Source of the DNA: Pseudomonadota bacterium
GTDB taxonomy: Bacteria; Pseudomonadota; Gammaproteobacteria; Steroidobacterales; Steroidobacteraceae
Assembly (NCBI GenBank): GCA_021838635.1
Contig: JAKCDC010000007.1
Location: 35,968 to 99,967, forward strand
Reading direction: 5' to 3'
Length of the DNA stretch: 64,000 nucleotides
Part shown: piece after piece, positions 46,435 to 56,012 of the stretch
Layout of the letters: each line of letters begins with the position of its first letter
How positions within the stretch are numbered: position 1 is the stretch's first letter
Notes under the pieces: model-generated
Seen by the model: the letters and a program-made list of their open reading frames with translations, nothing else
Databases searched by the model: none
What the model was told of the DNA's origin: nothing
Program-made: the position numbers and the translations under genes

Positions 46435-47123
46435 GCGGTCGCGGGGCGACGCAGATCGTCGGTGACGGTGCCGACCGTGAGCGTCTGGTGCTCGTGCGCC
46501 TCGTCCCGCCAGGACTCCGCGAGGGCCTCGGCGTACCAGGTGCGCATGGGCGCCAACGCGAGCAGCCGTTCGGAGTAGGTGAGGGCCGCGGGGGCGAGCG
46601 GCGGACGGTAGGTCTGGATGCGAAAGGCCACTGGTGCGAAGAAGGCGTCCGCGGCGCTGAACGCTCGGCCGGTGAGAAACGGCCCCCCGAAGCGGCTCAG
46701 CCCCTCCTGCCACACTGCCTGCAGGCGCTGCAGGTCGGCGTGCAGTTGCGGCTCGATCCGATGCAGCCGTACGCGCAGTCCGCAGGTCATGCTGCAGATC
46801 TGCCGTAGGGCGCCGAATCCGGCATGCATCTCCGCGGCGGCCGAGCGGGCGAAGGCGCGCGCGTTCGCATCGGCCGGCCACACGCCCTCGTGCCGCTCCG
46901 CGAGATACTCCACGATGGCCAGGGACTCCCACACCACCGTGTCTCCGTCGTGCAGGCACGGCACTTTGCCGTTCGGGGAGAAGACACGGAAATCATGCGG
47001 CGCAGCGTCGGTGCCGAACGGGACGAGCCGCTCCTCGAAGGGGATGCCGAGGGCGCGCATCAGCACCCAGGGGCGCAGCGACCAGGACGAGTAGTTCTTG
47101 TTGGCGATGTACAGAGTATACAT
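46422..47123 (-). CDS. Glutathione S-transferase family protein
   Basis: MYTLYIANKNYSSWSLRPW..., with a GST N-terminal thioredoxin-like fold plus an alpha-helical C-domain. Confidence 0.85.
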   Translation of the reverse strand: MYTLYIANKNYSSWSLRPWVLMRALGIPFEERLVPFGTDAAPHDFRVFSPNGKVPCLHDGDTVVWESLAIVEYLAERHEGVWPADANARAFARSAAAEMHAGFGALRQICSMTCGLRVRLHRIEPQLHADLQRLQAVWQEGLSRFGGPFLTGRAFSAADAFFAPVAFRIQTYRPPLAPAALTYSERLLALAPMRTWYAEALAESWRDEAHEHQTLTVGTVTDDLRRPATAQNA

Positions 47124-47265
47124 GGCGGGTGCTCCGGTTCAGGCCTCGTCGGCTGCGGCGTGGAGGGACAAGTATGGCGCCGCTGCGCATGATCAATACA
47201 TCAGCGCGGCGATGCGGACGCCTGCCGCGCGCGGATGTTGAAAGGGGGCGCCGCTGCGGCTCGCG

Positions 47266-48921
47266 TCACAGCCAGCAGTACGCCGCGCCGAGCGCGGCCG
47301 CCCCGACGCCCGCGAGCGCCCAGCCTGGCCAGCCCGTGGTGTCGAACGCGAGCCAGACCAGTCCGGCGAACAGCACCGCCGAGGCGCCCGTCACCGCATC
47401 GCGCCGTCGTGCGGTGGTGCGCATCGTCTCGCGCAGCTCCTGCAGGGCCGTCACCTCCGGATGCGTTTCCGGCTCATGCACTCGGCGCACCGATTCCTTC
47501 AGTAGCGCCGGCAGGCTCTGCAGCGATTCGACCACATCGGGCAGCTGGCGCCACAGGTGCTTCAGCAGCCGCCGCACGCTGACGCGCTCACGCATCCACT
47601 CACGCAGAATCGGTGTGGCCGTCGTCCAGATGTCGAGCTGCGGGTAGAGTTCACGCCCCAGGCCCTCGACGTTGAACAGCGTTTTCTGCAGCAGCATCAG
47701 TTGTGGCTGGATCTGCATGTTGAAGCGGCGCGAGATCTCAAACAGCCGCAGCAGCAAGTGGCCGAAGGAGATGTCCGAGAGCGGCCGGTCGAAGATCGGT
47801 TCGCAGACGGTGCGGATCGCCGACTCCATCTCATCGATGCGCGTCTGCGGCGGCACCCAGCCGGACTCCACGTGCAGCACCGCCACGCGCCGATAGTCGC
47901 GCTCGAAGACCGCGAGGAAATTCTCGGCGAGGTAATGCTGATCGCGCGGATCGAGCGTGCCCATGATGCCGAAGTCGATGGCCGCATAGCGCGGCCGCTG
48001 CGGGTCGTCCGCCAGCACGAAGATGTTTCCCGGGTGCATGTCGGCGTGAAAGAAATTGTGACGGAACACCTGGGTGAAGAAAATGCGCACGCCGTTCTCG
48101 GCAAGGCGCTCGAAGTTCGTGCCGAGGGCGCGCAGGCGCGTCATGTCGCTGATGGGGATGCCGTGGATGCGCTCCATGACCATGACTTCCGTGCTGCAGA
48201 AGTCCCAGAACACTTCCGGAACGTAGAGCAGGTCGGAGCCGGCGAAATTGCGCTTCAGCTGCGTGGCGTTGGCCGCCTCGCGCATCAGATCGAGCTCATC
48301 GAGGATGGTCTTCTCGTACTCGCTCACCAGCTCCACCGGACGCAGCCGGCGCGCCTCGCGCCAGTAGCGCTGCGCGAGGGCGGCGAGCGTGAACAGCACC
48401 TCCAGGTCCCGCTCGATGCGCGCGCGCATGCCGGGGCGCACGATCTTCACTACCACCTCGCGCCCGTTCTGCAGGCGCGCGGGGTGTACCTGGGCGATCG
48501 AGGCGGCCGCGAGCGGCTCATCCTCGAAGTGGGCGAAGATCTGCTCCACCGGGCGGCCGAGGGTGCGCTCTACCGCCGCGCGCGCGAGCGCCGCCGGGAA
48601 CGGGGGCACCCGGTCCTGCAGCTTGGCGAGCTCATCGGCGATGTCCGGCGGCAGCAGGTCACGGCGGGTGGAGACCGCCTGGCCGAATTTCACGAAGATC
48701 GGGCCGAGCTCCTGCAGCGCGAGGCGCAGCCGTTCCCCGCGCGGGGCGCTGCGGGCGCGTCCCAGCCACATCCACGGCGAGAGGAAGAACAGGAAGCGCA
48801 GCGGCCGGTACAGATGGGTCGCCTGCACGAAGTCATCCAGGCCGTGCTTCACCAGCACGCGCTGGATCTGCACCAGCCGCCCGAGGACCCGCAGCTTCAG
48901 GGGCCGCCCGCCGACCCTCAC
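47266..48921 (-). CDS. ubiB: Ubiquinone biosynthesis regulatory kinase-like protein UbiB
   Basis: The GTG start overlaps the ubiJ TGA (GTGA). ERLRLALQELGPIFVKFGQAVSTRRDLLPPDIADELAKLQD is nearly identical in pattern to E. coli UbiB. Two C-terminal TM helices. Confidence 0.9.
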   Translation of the reverse strand: MRVGGRPLKLRVLGRLVQIQRVLVKHGLDDFVQATHLYRPLRFLFFLSPWMWLGRARSAPRGERLRLALQELGPIFVKFGQAVSTRRDLLPPDIADELAKLQDRVPPFPAALARAAVERTLGRPVEQIFAHFEDEPLAAASIAQVHPARLQNGREVVVKIVRPGMRARIERDLEVLFTLAALAQRYWREARRLRPVELVSEYEKTILDELDLMREAANATQLKRNFAGSDLLYVPEVFWDFCSTEVMVMERIHGIPISDMTRLRALGTNFERLAENGVRIFFTQVFRHNFFHADMHPGNIFVLADDPQRPRYAAIDFGIMGTLDPRDQHYLAENFLAVFERDYRRVAVLHVESGWVPPQTRIDEMESAIRTVCEPIFDRPLSDISFGHLLLRLFEISRRFNMQIQPQLMLLQKTLFNVEGLGRELYPQLDIWTTATPILREWMRERVSVRRLLKHLWRQLPDVVESLQSLPALLKESVRRVHEPETHPEVTALQELRETMRTTARRRDAVTGASAVLFAGLVWLAFDTTGWPGWALAGVGAAALGAAYCWL

Positions 48922-49511
48922 GGTGCGGCCACTCGCCGCTCCAGCTGCTCCACTTGCGCGGCGAGCCGATCGGCATCCTCGCGCAGCGCATCGACGCCGT
49001 GCAGGAATGTCTCGCCCTCCGCGGCACTCACCAGGTCGCGCCGCTCGTGGGCCGCGTAATCGCCGAGGTCCCGCCACAGAGTCGCCACGGCGCGGCCACT
49101 CCAGCCGAGCGCGCCGCGTGCGAGCTGGCCGATGCGGTGCGCCGGCACGTCGCCCACCAGCACGGCGAGCTCCTCTTCCGGGTCCGGGCGCAGCAGCCGC
49201 AGCAGCTGCTGGAATTTCTCAGCAAGTTCGGCGTCACCGTGCACTTGCACGTCGCCTCGCCGGATCGGCTCGTGAGAGAGGCCGATGCCGAGGACACCGA
49301 GACTGAGCGGGCCGCCGCTGAGGGACGCCTCGGCCGCCTCCTCGCCGCGGCGCACGGTGAGCGCCGTGCCGCTTGAGCCGATCAGGACGCGCCCGAGGCC
49401 TGGCATTTCGACGGCCAACCGGCGGCCCTCGAGTTCGGCGCACAGCGCGCGGGCGCGTACCGAGCGGGGCAGGCCGCGGTTGAGCAGGTTTTCCAGCGCT
49501 GAGACCAGCAT
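48918..49511 (-). CDS. ubiJ: Ubiquinone biosynthesis accessory factor UbiJ (SCP2 domain)
   Basis: Start at MLVSALENLLNR (complement of 49509-49511). SCP2-like N-domain plus a C-terminal coiled coil, in the conserved ubiE-ubiJ-ubiB position. Confidence 0.75.
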   Translation of the reverse strand: MLVSALENLLNRGLPRSVRARALCAELEGRRLAVEMPGLGRVLIGSSGTALTVRRGEEAAEASLSGGPLSLGVLGIGLSHEPIRRGDVQVHGDAELAEKFQQLLRLLRPDPEEELAVLVGDVPAHRIGQLARGALGWSGRAVATLWRDLGDYAAHERRDLVSAAEGETFLHGVDALREDADRLAAQVEQLERRVAAP

Positions 49512-49519
49512 GTGGCCGC

Positions 49520-50290
49520 TCAATACTTGTAGCCGCGGTGTACGGCGACAATGCCGCCGGAGAGGTTGTGGTACCGGCAGCCCTCCAGCCCTGCGGTGCG
49601 CATCATCTCGAGCAGCGTCTCTTGCGGCGGGTGCATGCGGATCGATTCGGCGAGGTAGCGGTAGCTCGCCTCGTCGCGGGCAATCCACTTGCCGAGCAGT
49701 GGCAGGATCCGGAACGAATACGTGTCATAGAGCGGTGCGAGTCCCGGGGCCACCGGGTGGGAGAACTCGAGCACGAGCAGCTGCCCGCCGGGCTTGAGCA
49801 CCCGGCGCATGGCGGCGAGCGCCGCGGCCTTGTCGGTCACGTTGCGTAGCCCGAAACCGATGGTCACGCAGTCGAAGCTCTCGTCACGAAACGGCAGCCG
49901 CTCGGCGTTGGCCTGGACGTACTCGACGTTGCCGAGCACGCCGCGGTCGGTGAGCCGGTCGCGGCCCCGCTCGAGCATCGCGGCATTGATATCGCTGAGG
50001 ATCACCCGGCCGCGCTCACCCACTTGGCGCGCCAGGCCCGCCGTCAGGTCCCCGGTGCCGCCGGCGACATCGAGCGCGCTCTGGCCGGGGCGCAGACCGG
50101 TGATCGAGAGCGTGAACTGCTTCCAGAGCCGGTGCGCGCCGCCGGACATCAGATCGTTCATCAGGTCGTAGCGGTTCGCCACCGAATCGAACACACCGCG
50201 CACGCGGCGCGCCTTCTCCGTCCAGGGAACGCGCTCGTAGCCGAAATCCGTCGCGGGTTGTTCGCTCATCGTGCCAGCCGCCTCGCTCAT
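49520..50290 (-). CDS. ubiE: Ubiquinone/menaquinone C-methyltransferase UbiE
   Basis: [25 protein letters not shown] and the SAM motif LDVAGGTGD. Confidence 0.9.
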   Translation of the reverse strand: MSEAAGTMSEQPATDFGYERVPWTEKARRVRGVFDSVANRYDLMNDLMSGGAHRLWKQFTLSITGLRPGQSALDVAGGTGDLTAGLARQVGERGRVILSDINAAMLERGRDRLTDRGVLGNVEYVQANAERLPFRDESFDCVTIGFGLRNVTDKAAALAAMRRVLKPGGQLLVLEFSHPVAPGLAPLYDTYSFRILPLLGKWIARDEASYRYLAESIRMHPPQETLLEMMRTAGLEGCRYHNLSGGIVAVHRGYKY

Positions 50291-50393
50291 CGGTGCGCCA
50301 TTGTATCGCCGGCCGGTCGGCCGGGGTGGCTCGCGCGCCCCTTTAGCGGTAACGACGGGTCGCTGTCAAGTTCCGGACGGCAGAGGACGGGAT

Positions 50394-50423
50394 TTGCATT
50401 TTGGGGCAGTCAGTGCGCACAAT
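50394..50423 (+). promoter_or_regulatory. Weak sigma-70-like promoter candidate (TTGCAT-N18-CACAAT)
   Basis: Sequence match only. It lies about 35 nt upstream of the hairpin-terminator unit. Confidence 0.3.
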
Positions 50424-50456
50424 CCCGCCCGCGTACGGGGGTCTTGAAACCTTCGG

Positions 50457-50491
50457 GGCCGGACGGTGTCGAACACCCTCCGGCCTTTTTT
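50457..50491 (+). terminator. Strong rho-independent terminator with no upstream CDS on its strand
   Basis: ggccggacggtgt-cgaa-caccctccggcc (11 of 12 bp paired) followed by tttttt. The reverse strand lacks a U-tract, so it is + strand specific. Confidence 0.65.
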
Positions 50492-50533
50492 ATGCCCGCA
50501 GGGTCGCTGCACGGCTAGGGGAACGCGGCCCGA

Positions 50534-52390
50534 TTGCACTATGATTGTGCATCTTCAGTGTTGCCGGCGGATATCGTGGACGCCACGGATACCTCGCATC
50601 CCGACTATTATCATCGCGTAGTGGATTGCCAGTGGGCCTGCCCAGCTCACACTGACGTGCCGGAATACATCCGGCTGATCGCTCAGGGGCGCTACACCGA
50701 CGCGTACCTCGTCAATCGCGAGTCCAACGTATTTCCCGGCATTCTCGGCCGGGTCTGCGACCGGCCCTGCGAACCGGCCTGCCGGCGCGGCCGGGTGGAG
50801 GACAAGCCTGTCGCCATCTGCCGCCTCAAGCGGGTGGCGGCCGATCTGCGCGATGAGATTGAGGGGCGATTGCCGAAGATCCCGCAGCGCAAGAACGGCA
50901 GGCGCATTGCCTGCATCGGCGCCGGATGCGCCTCGCTCACCGTCGCCAACGACCTGCTGCCGCTCGGCTACGAGGTGACGATCTTCGAGCGCTACGGGCA
51001 GCCCGGCGGCCTGATGCGCAGCAACATCCCCTCGTTCCGCCTGCCCGAGCGCGTGCTCGATGAGGAGATCGGCATGATCCTCGGCATGGGCGTGGACCTG
51101 AGGCTCGGTACGCCCGTGGAGAGTCTGCGCGCGATGCTCGAGCAGGGCGGTTTCGACGCCGTATTCGTCGGCTCCGGCGCGCCGAAGGGCAAGGAGCTCA
51201 CGCTGCCGGGGCGCGAGGCTGCCAGTGCCAACGTGCACATCGGCATCAGCTGGCTGGAGTCCGTTGCGTTCGGGCACATCGAGCGCATCGGTGAGCGGGT
51301 GCTCATCATCGGCGTCGGCAACACGGCGATGGACTGCTGCCGCACCAGCCTGAGGCTCGGGGCGCGCGAGGTCAAAGTGATGGCGCGCAAGCCGCGGGGC
51401 TTCTTCAAGGCCTCCCCGTGGGAGCTCGAGGATGCCGAGGAGGAGCGGGTGGAGATCATCGTCAACCGTTCGCCGAAGGCGTTCGTCGTGCAGAACGGCC
51501 GGCTCACGGGCATGCGCTTCGAGTGCATGGAGTACGAACTCGATGCGCGCGGGCGCATCCTCTCGGAGCGGGTGAGCGGGGAGGAGTTCCTGCCGGCCGA
51601 TGATGTGATTCTCGCCATCGGCCAGGAAAACGCCTTCCCCTGGATCGAGCGCGACCTCGGCATCGAGTTCGACCGCTGGGACGTCCCGGTGGTCGATGCG
51701 CAGACCTTCCAGTCCACCCGTGCGGGCGTATTCTTCGGCGGGGATGCCGCGTTCGGTCCGAAGAACATCATCTGGGCCGTCGAGCACGGCCACCAGGCAG
51801 CCATCTCCATTCACCGTCACTGCGAGGGCGAGCCGATTGCCGAGCGCGCCGCGCCGCAGGTAACGCTGCACAGCCGCAAGATGGGCATGCACGAGTGGTC
51901 GTATGCCAATGACTACGCGCCGATCGAGCGGCGCCTGGTACCGCACGTGTCGCTGAAGGAGCGCTTCAAGAAGCTCAACATCGAGGTGGAGCTCGGTTTC
52001 AGCGCCGAGCAGGCGGCCGAAGAGGCGCAGCGCTGCCTGAACTGCGACGTGCAGACCGTATTCGCCGCGAAGCTGTGCATCGAGTGCGATGCCTGCATGG
52101 ATATCTGCCCGGTCGACTGCCTGACCATCACCGGCAACGGTCCGGAGGCCGAGCTGCGCACGCGGCTGAAGGCCTCGGCCACCAACGTCGCGCAGCCGCT
52201 GTACGTCTCCGCCGCACTGCCGCAGACCGGGCGCGTCATGGTCAAGGATGAAGACCTGTGCGTGCACTGCGGGCTGTGCGCCGAGCGCTGTCCGACGGCG
52301 GCCTGGGACATGCAGAAGTCCCACGTGCATTGGCCGCACGCCGCCGATGAGGCCGCCGCGCTCGAGGCGCGCAAGCCGAAGATCGCCTGA
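50534..52390 (+). CDS. NAD(P)H-dependent flavoprotein with GltD-like N-domain and C-terminal 2x[4Fe-4S] ferredoxin domain (KorC-like)
   Basis: The GltD-type N-domain reads CQWACPAHTDVPEYIRLI. Two dinucleotide folds are present (IACIGAGCASL and VLIIGVGNTAMDC). The C-terminus has CLNCD...CIECDACMDICP and CVHCGLCAERCP. The start is ambiguous (TTG 50534, GTG 50558 or GTG 50576). Confidence 0.8.
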   Translation: MHYDCASSVLPADIVDATDTSHPDYYHRVVDCQWACPAHTDVPEYIRLIAQGRYTDAYLVNRESNVFPGILGRVCDRPCEPACRRGRVEDKPVAICRLKRVAADLRDEIEGRLPKIPQRKNGRRIACIGAGCASLTVANDLLPLGYEVTIFERYGQPGGLMRSNIPSFRLPERVLDEEIGMILGMGVDLRLGTPVESLRAMLEQGGFDAVFVGSGAPKGKELTLPGREAASANVHIGISWLESVAFGHIERIGERVLIIGVGNTAMDCCRTSLRLGAREVKVMARKPRGFFKASPWELEDAEEERVEIIVNRSPKAFVVQNGRLTGMRFECMEYELDARGRILSERVSGEEFLPADDVILAIGQENAFPWIERDLGIEFDRWDVPVVDAQTFQSTRAGVFFGGDAAFGPKNIIWAVEHGHQAAISIHRHCEGEPIAERAAPQVTLHSRKMGMHEWSYANDYAPIERRLVPHVSLKERFKKLNIEVELGFSAEQAAEEAQRCLNCDVQTVFAAKLCIECDACMDICPVDCLTITGNGPEAELRTRLKASATNVAQPLYVSAALPQTGRVMVKDEDLCVHCGLCAERCPTAAWDMQKSHVHWPHAADEAAALEARKPKIA

Positions 52391-52425
52391 TCACCCGTCG
52401 CACCCTCTGCGCCCCCTCCTGCCGG

Positions 52426-54273
52426 ATGACACCCATGGCTGCCTGCACCCCCAGTCGCATCAACGATTTCACGCTCAAGATCGCCACGGTCAACGGCACC
52501 GGCTCGGCGAGTGCCAACACGTTGCTGATGAAGGCGATCTTCAGGAGCGGCGTGCCGGTGATGGGGAAGAATTTCTTCCCCTCGAACATCCAGGGCCTGC
52601 CCACCTGGTACGAGATCCGCGTCTCGCGCGACGGGCATCTGGCGCGCTCCGGCTCGATCGAGCTGATGGTGGCGCTGAATCCCGAGACCTACGCACGCGA
52701 TGTGCGCGAGGTGGCCCCCGGCGGCTATCTGCTCTACGACAGCACCTGGCCGCGTCCCGTGCTGCTCGCGCGCACCGATATCACGGTGCTCGGGGTGCCG
52801 CTGGCGCAGCTGTGCAATGAGAATTTCACCGGCGTGCGCACCCGCATCCTGATGAAGAACATCTGCTATGCGGGCGCGCTCGCGGCGCTGCTGAACCTCG
52901 ATCTGGAGCGCATGCGCGAGCTGCTCACCGAGACCTATGCGCGCAAGCCGCAGCTCATCGAGAGCAACATGAAGGCGCTGAAGCTCGGTTTCGAGTACGC
53001 CCGGGCGCACTTCGCCTGCCCACTGCCGTTTGCGCTCGAGCCGATGGACCGCACCGCCGGACACATCATGATCGACGGCAACACCGCCGCGGCGCTCGGC
53101 TGCGTGTTTGCCGGGGCCACGGTGGCGGCCTGGTATCCGATCACCCCCTCGACATCGCTCATGGATGCCTTCAAGGGCTTCTGCGAGCGGCTGCGCGTCG
53201 ATCCGCAGAGCGGAGAGAAGCGCTTCGCCTTCATCCAGGCCGAGGATGAGCTGGCCGCGATCGGCATGGTGCTCGGGGCGAGCTGGAACGGCGCGCGCGC
53301 CTTCACCGCGACCTCCGGGCCCGGCATCTCGCTGATGGGTGAATTTCTGGGCCTGGCCTATTACGCCGAGGTTCCTGCGGTGCTGTTCGACATCCAGCGC
53401 GTCGGGCCCTCGACCGGCATGCCGACGCGGACCCAGCAGGGCGACCTGCTCGCCTGCGCGTACGCCTCGCACGGTGACACCCGGCAGGTCTGTCTGTACC
53501 CGGCCAACCCGGCGGAGTGCTTCACGCTGGCGGTCGAGGCCTTCGATCTCGCCGAGCGGCTGCAGACTCCGGTGCTGGTGGTCTCGGACCTCGACATCGG
53601 TATGAACGACTGGATGTGTCCGCAGTTCCAGTGGGACGACGCCTATCGGCCGGACCGCGGCAAGATACTCGGGCGCGCCGAAATCGAGAAGCTGGAGAAA
53701 TTCCACCGCTACCTCGACCCGCAGGGCGACGGCATTCCCTGGCGCACGCTGCCCGGGGTGCATCCGAAGGGCGCGTACTTCACGCGTGGGTCCGGCCACA
53801 CGCAGTTCGGCACGTACACCGAGGACTCGCACGACTACCAGGTGGTGCTCGATCGGTTGATGAAAAAATGGCAGACGGCCAAGTCGCGGGTCCCGCCGGC
53901 GCTCATCGAGGGTCCGGGCTGCGAGGTGGGGTTGGTGTCGATCGGCAGCAGCGACAGCGCGGTGCGCGAGGCGCTCGCGCTACTGGCCGCCGATGGCATC
54001 GCGCTCGATTACCTGCGGGTGCGCGCCTTTCCGTTCGGCGAGGAAGTCGAGCGCTTCCTCGCCGAGCACCGGTTGGTGTTCGTCGTCGAGCAGAACCGCG
54101 ATGCGCAGCTGCGCTCGCTGCTGACGCTCGAGACCGGGGTCGAGAAGGCGAAACTGCGCTCCCTGCTGCACTACAGCGGCCTGCCGGTGAGCTCGCATTT
54201 CATCGTCGAGGGCGTGCAGGCGGAACTGCGCGGAGCGAGCGGCGCGGCCCGGCCCAGTGCGGTCGGCGTCTGA
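52426..54273 (+). CDS. korA: 2-oxoacid:acceptor oxidoreductase subunit alpha (KorA, fused alpha/gamma)
   Basis: KIATVNGTGSASANTLLMKAIFRSGVPV...FPSNIQG (gamma-like part), then the pyrimidine-binding part GNTAAALG...YPITPST. Confidence 0.85.
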   Translation: MTPMAACTPSRINDFTLKIATVNGTGSASANTLLMKAIFRSGVPVMGKNFFPSNIQGLPTWYEIRVSRDGHLARSGSIELMVALNPETYARDVREVAPGGYLLYDSTWPRPVLLARTDITVLGVPLAQLCNENFTGVRTRILMKNICYAGALAALLNLDLERMRELLTETYARKPQLIESNMKALKLGFEYARAHFACPLPFALEPMDRTAGHIMIDGNTAAALGCVFAGATVAAWYPITPSTSLMDAFKGFCERLRVDPQSGEKRFAFIQAEDELAAIGMVLGASWNGARAFTATSGPGISLMGEFLGLAYYAEVPAVLFDIQRVGPSTGMPTRTQQGDLLACAYASHGDTRQVCLYPANPAECFTLAVEAFDLAERLQTPVLVVSDLDIGMNDWMCPQFQWDDAYRPDRGKILGRAEIEKLEKFHRYLDPQGDGIPWRTLPGVHPKGAYFTRGSGHTQFGTYTEDSHDYQVVLDRLMKKWQTAKSRVPPALIEGPGCEVGLVSIGSSDSAVREALALLAADGIALDYLRVRAFPFGEEVERFLAEHRLVFVVEQNRDAQLRSLLTLETGVEKAKLRSLLHYSGLPVSSHFIVEGVQAELRGASGAARPSAVGV

Positions 54274-54282
54274 GGATTACAC

Positions 54283-55344
54283 ATGACCTACATCACCAAG
54301 CCGAAGCTCACCCATCCCAGTCTGCCGCAGAACGCCCTCGGCATGACGCGCCGCGCCTACGAGGGCGCTCTCTCGACGCTGTGCGCCGGCTGCGGGCACG
54401 ATTCGGTCACCGCCGCGATCGTCGAGGCCTGCTGGCGCCTCGCGCTCGAGCCGCAGAACTTGGTCAAGCTCTCCGGGATCGGCTGCTCCTCGAAGACCAC
54501 GGCCTATTTCGTCAGCGGCGCGCACGGCTTCAACGCCGTGCACGGCCGCATGCCCTCGATCGCTACCGGTGCGAACGCGGCGAACCGCCGGCTCGCCTAC
54601 ATCGGCATCTCCGGCGACGGCGATACGCTGTCGATCGGACTCGGGCAGTTCTGTCACGCCATCCGCCGCAATCTCGACATGTTGTATCTGATCGAGAACA
54701 ACGGCGTGTATGGCCTCACCAAGGGGCAGTTCTCCGCGTCGGCCGATATCGGCAGCCGAGCCAAGAAAGGCGAGGTCAATCGCCAGCCCCCAATCGACCC
54801 GGTGCTGCTCGCGCTCGACCTCGGTGCCACTTTCGTGGCGCGCGGCTTCTCCGGCGATAAACAGCAACTGGTGCCGCTGATCGAGGCCGGTCTGCAGCAT
54901 CGCGGTTTCGCGCTCATCGACATCCTCTCGCCCTGCGTGACCTTCAATGATCACCAGGGCTCGACGAAGAGCTACGCCTACACGCGCGAGCACGACGAGC
55001 CGGCAGTGCAGGCGGACTTCGTGCCACGCGAGGCGCCGATCCTGGTCGAATACGCCCCCGGCGAGGCGCGCGAGATCGCGCTGCACGACGGCAGCCGGGT
55101 CGTGCTGCGCAAAGCCGCCGAAGCGTACGATCCGACCGACCGCGAGGCGGCGGGCGCGGCGGTGAAGGCGCGCATGGCGGCCGGGGAGTACCTGACGGGG
55201 CTGATCTATCTGGATCCCGAAGGCGGCAGTGGGGAGTTCCACGCGCTGAACGGGACCCCGCAGGAGCCGCTGAACTCACTGCCGTTCGAATCACTCTGTC
55301 CGGGCTCGACCGGGCTGCAGAAGGTGCTCGGGCGCTACCGCTGA
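54283..55344 (+). CDS. korB: 2-oxoacid:acceptor oxidoreductase subunit beta (KorB, TPP-binding)
   Basis: CAGCGHDS, GIGCSSK, and the TPP motif GDGD...IENNGVYGLTKGQ. Confidence 0.85.
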   Translation: MTYITKPKLTHPSLPQNALGMTRRAYEGALSTLCAGCGHDSVTAAIVEACWRLALEPQNLVKLSGIGCSSKTTAYFVSGAHGFNAVHGRMPSIATGANAANRRLAYIGISGDGDTLSIGLGQFCHAIRRNLDMLYLIENNGVYGLTKGQFSASADIGSRAKKGEVNRQPPIDPVLLALDLGATFVARGFSGDKQQLVPLIEAGLQHRGFALIDILSPCVTFNDHQGSTKSYAYTREHDEPAVQADFVPREAPILVEYAPGEAREIALHDGSRVVLRKAAEAYDPTDREAAGAAVKARMAAGEYLTGLIYLDPEGGSGEFHALNGTPQEPLNSLPFESLCPGSTGLQKVLGRYR

Positions 55345-55581
55345 GTGCGGGGGGCTTGTCGGATCGATCGGATCCGGGTTAGTCTAGGCGTGGGTCTGTG
55401 ACCATTCTCTTTCCTGCCGCCTGCTGGCCGCTCGGTACCCGAGCCGGCTTACGGAGAAAAGCCGAATCGTTTCCGACCAGGGGGCAGTGATCCTGCCGAT
55501 AATTGTCCGGAAGCCGCCGAGTCCGCAAAACGCCAATAGAGCGCGCCGAGGTGGCCCAATCCGCTTGTGGAGTTTGATTGC

Positions 55582-55875
55582 ATGACGAAGATCTACGTCG
55601 GAAACCTTCCGTTTTCGGCCACGGAGAGCGAAGTTCGCGAGCTGTTCGCGCAGCACGGGACCGTCGAGTCCGTCAGCCTGATCAATGACCGGGAAACCGG
55701 CCGGCCGCGGGGCTTCGGGTTCGTCGAGATGGCGCGTGCCGATGCGACCCGCGCCATCCAGAGCCTCAATGGCAAGGACCTGGGCGGTCGCCCGCTGCGC
55801 ATCAATGAGGCGCAGGAGCGCGGCGCCGGTGGTCCTCGCGGCGGCGGTGGCGGCGGCGCTCCGCGCCGCTGGTAA
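55582..55875 (+). CDS. RRM (RNP-1/RNP-2) RNA-binding protein with a Gly/Arg tail
   Basis: RNP-2 IYVGNL, RNP-1 RGFGFVEM, and a C-terminal GGPRGGGGGGAPRRW. ATG 55582. Confidence 0.85.
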   Translation: MTKIYVGNLPFSATESEVRELFAQHGTVESVSLINDRETGRPRGFGFVEMARADATRAIQSLNGKDLGGRPLRINEAQERGAGGPRGGGGGGAPRRW

Positions 55876-55889
55876 GCACCCGGCACCCA

Positions 55890-55943
55890 GCGGCCGGTCC
55901 GGCGGGGTCTGCCCGCCGGACCGGCCGCTTTTATTTGGTTTTT
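55890..55943 (+). terminator. Rho-independent terminator after the RRM gene
   Basis: gcggccggtccggcggg-gtct-gcccgccggaccggccgc (17-18 bp stem) followed by ttttatttggttttt. Confidence 0.75.
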
Positions 55944-56012
55944 GGGCGCTGCGCAGCGGCGCTCTGCTACACTCGCGCCCCCCGATTTCTCAGCATCTGA
56001 GGAGATGATTCG

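Noticed and set aside
47124-47265. Intergenic repeat of ggcgccgctgcg (two copies about 90 nt apart) between the GST gene and ubiB, considered as a possible operator or REP element.
   Set aside because: The repeat is short and GC-rich, so it is expected by chance at this composition. It has no palindromic structure and does not recur elsewhere in the window.
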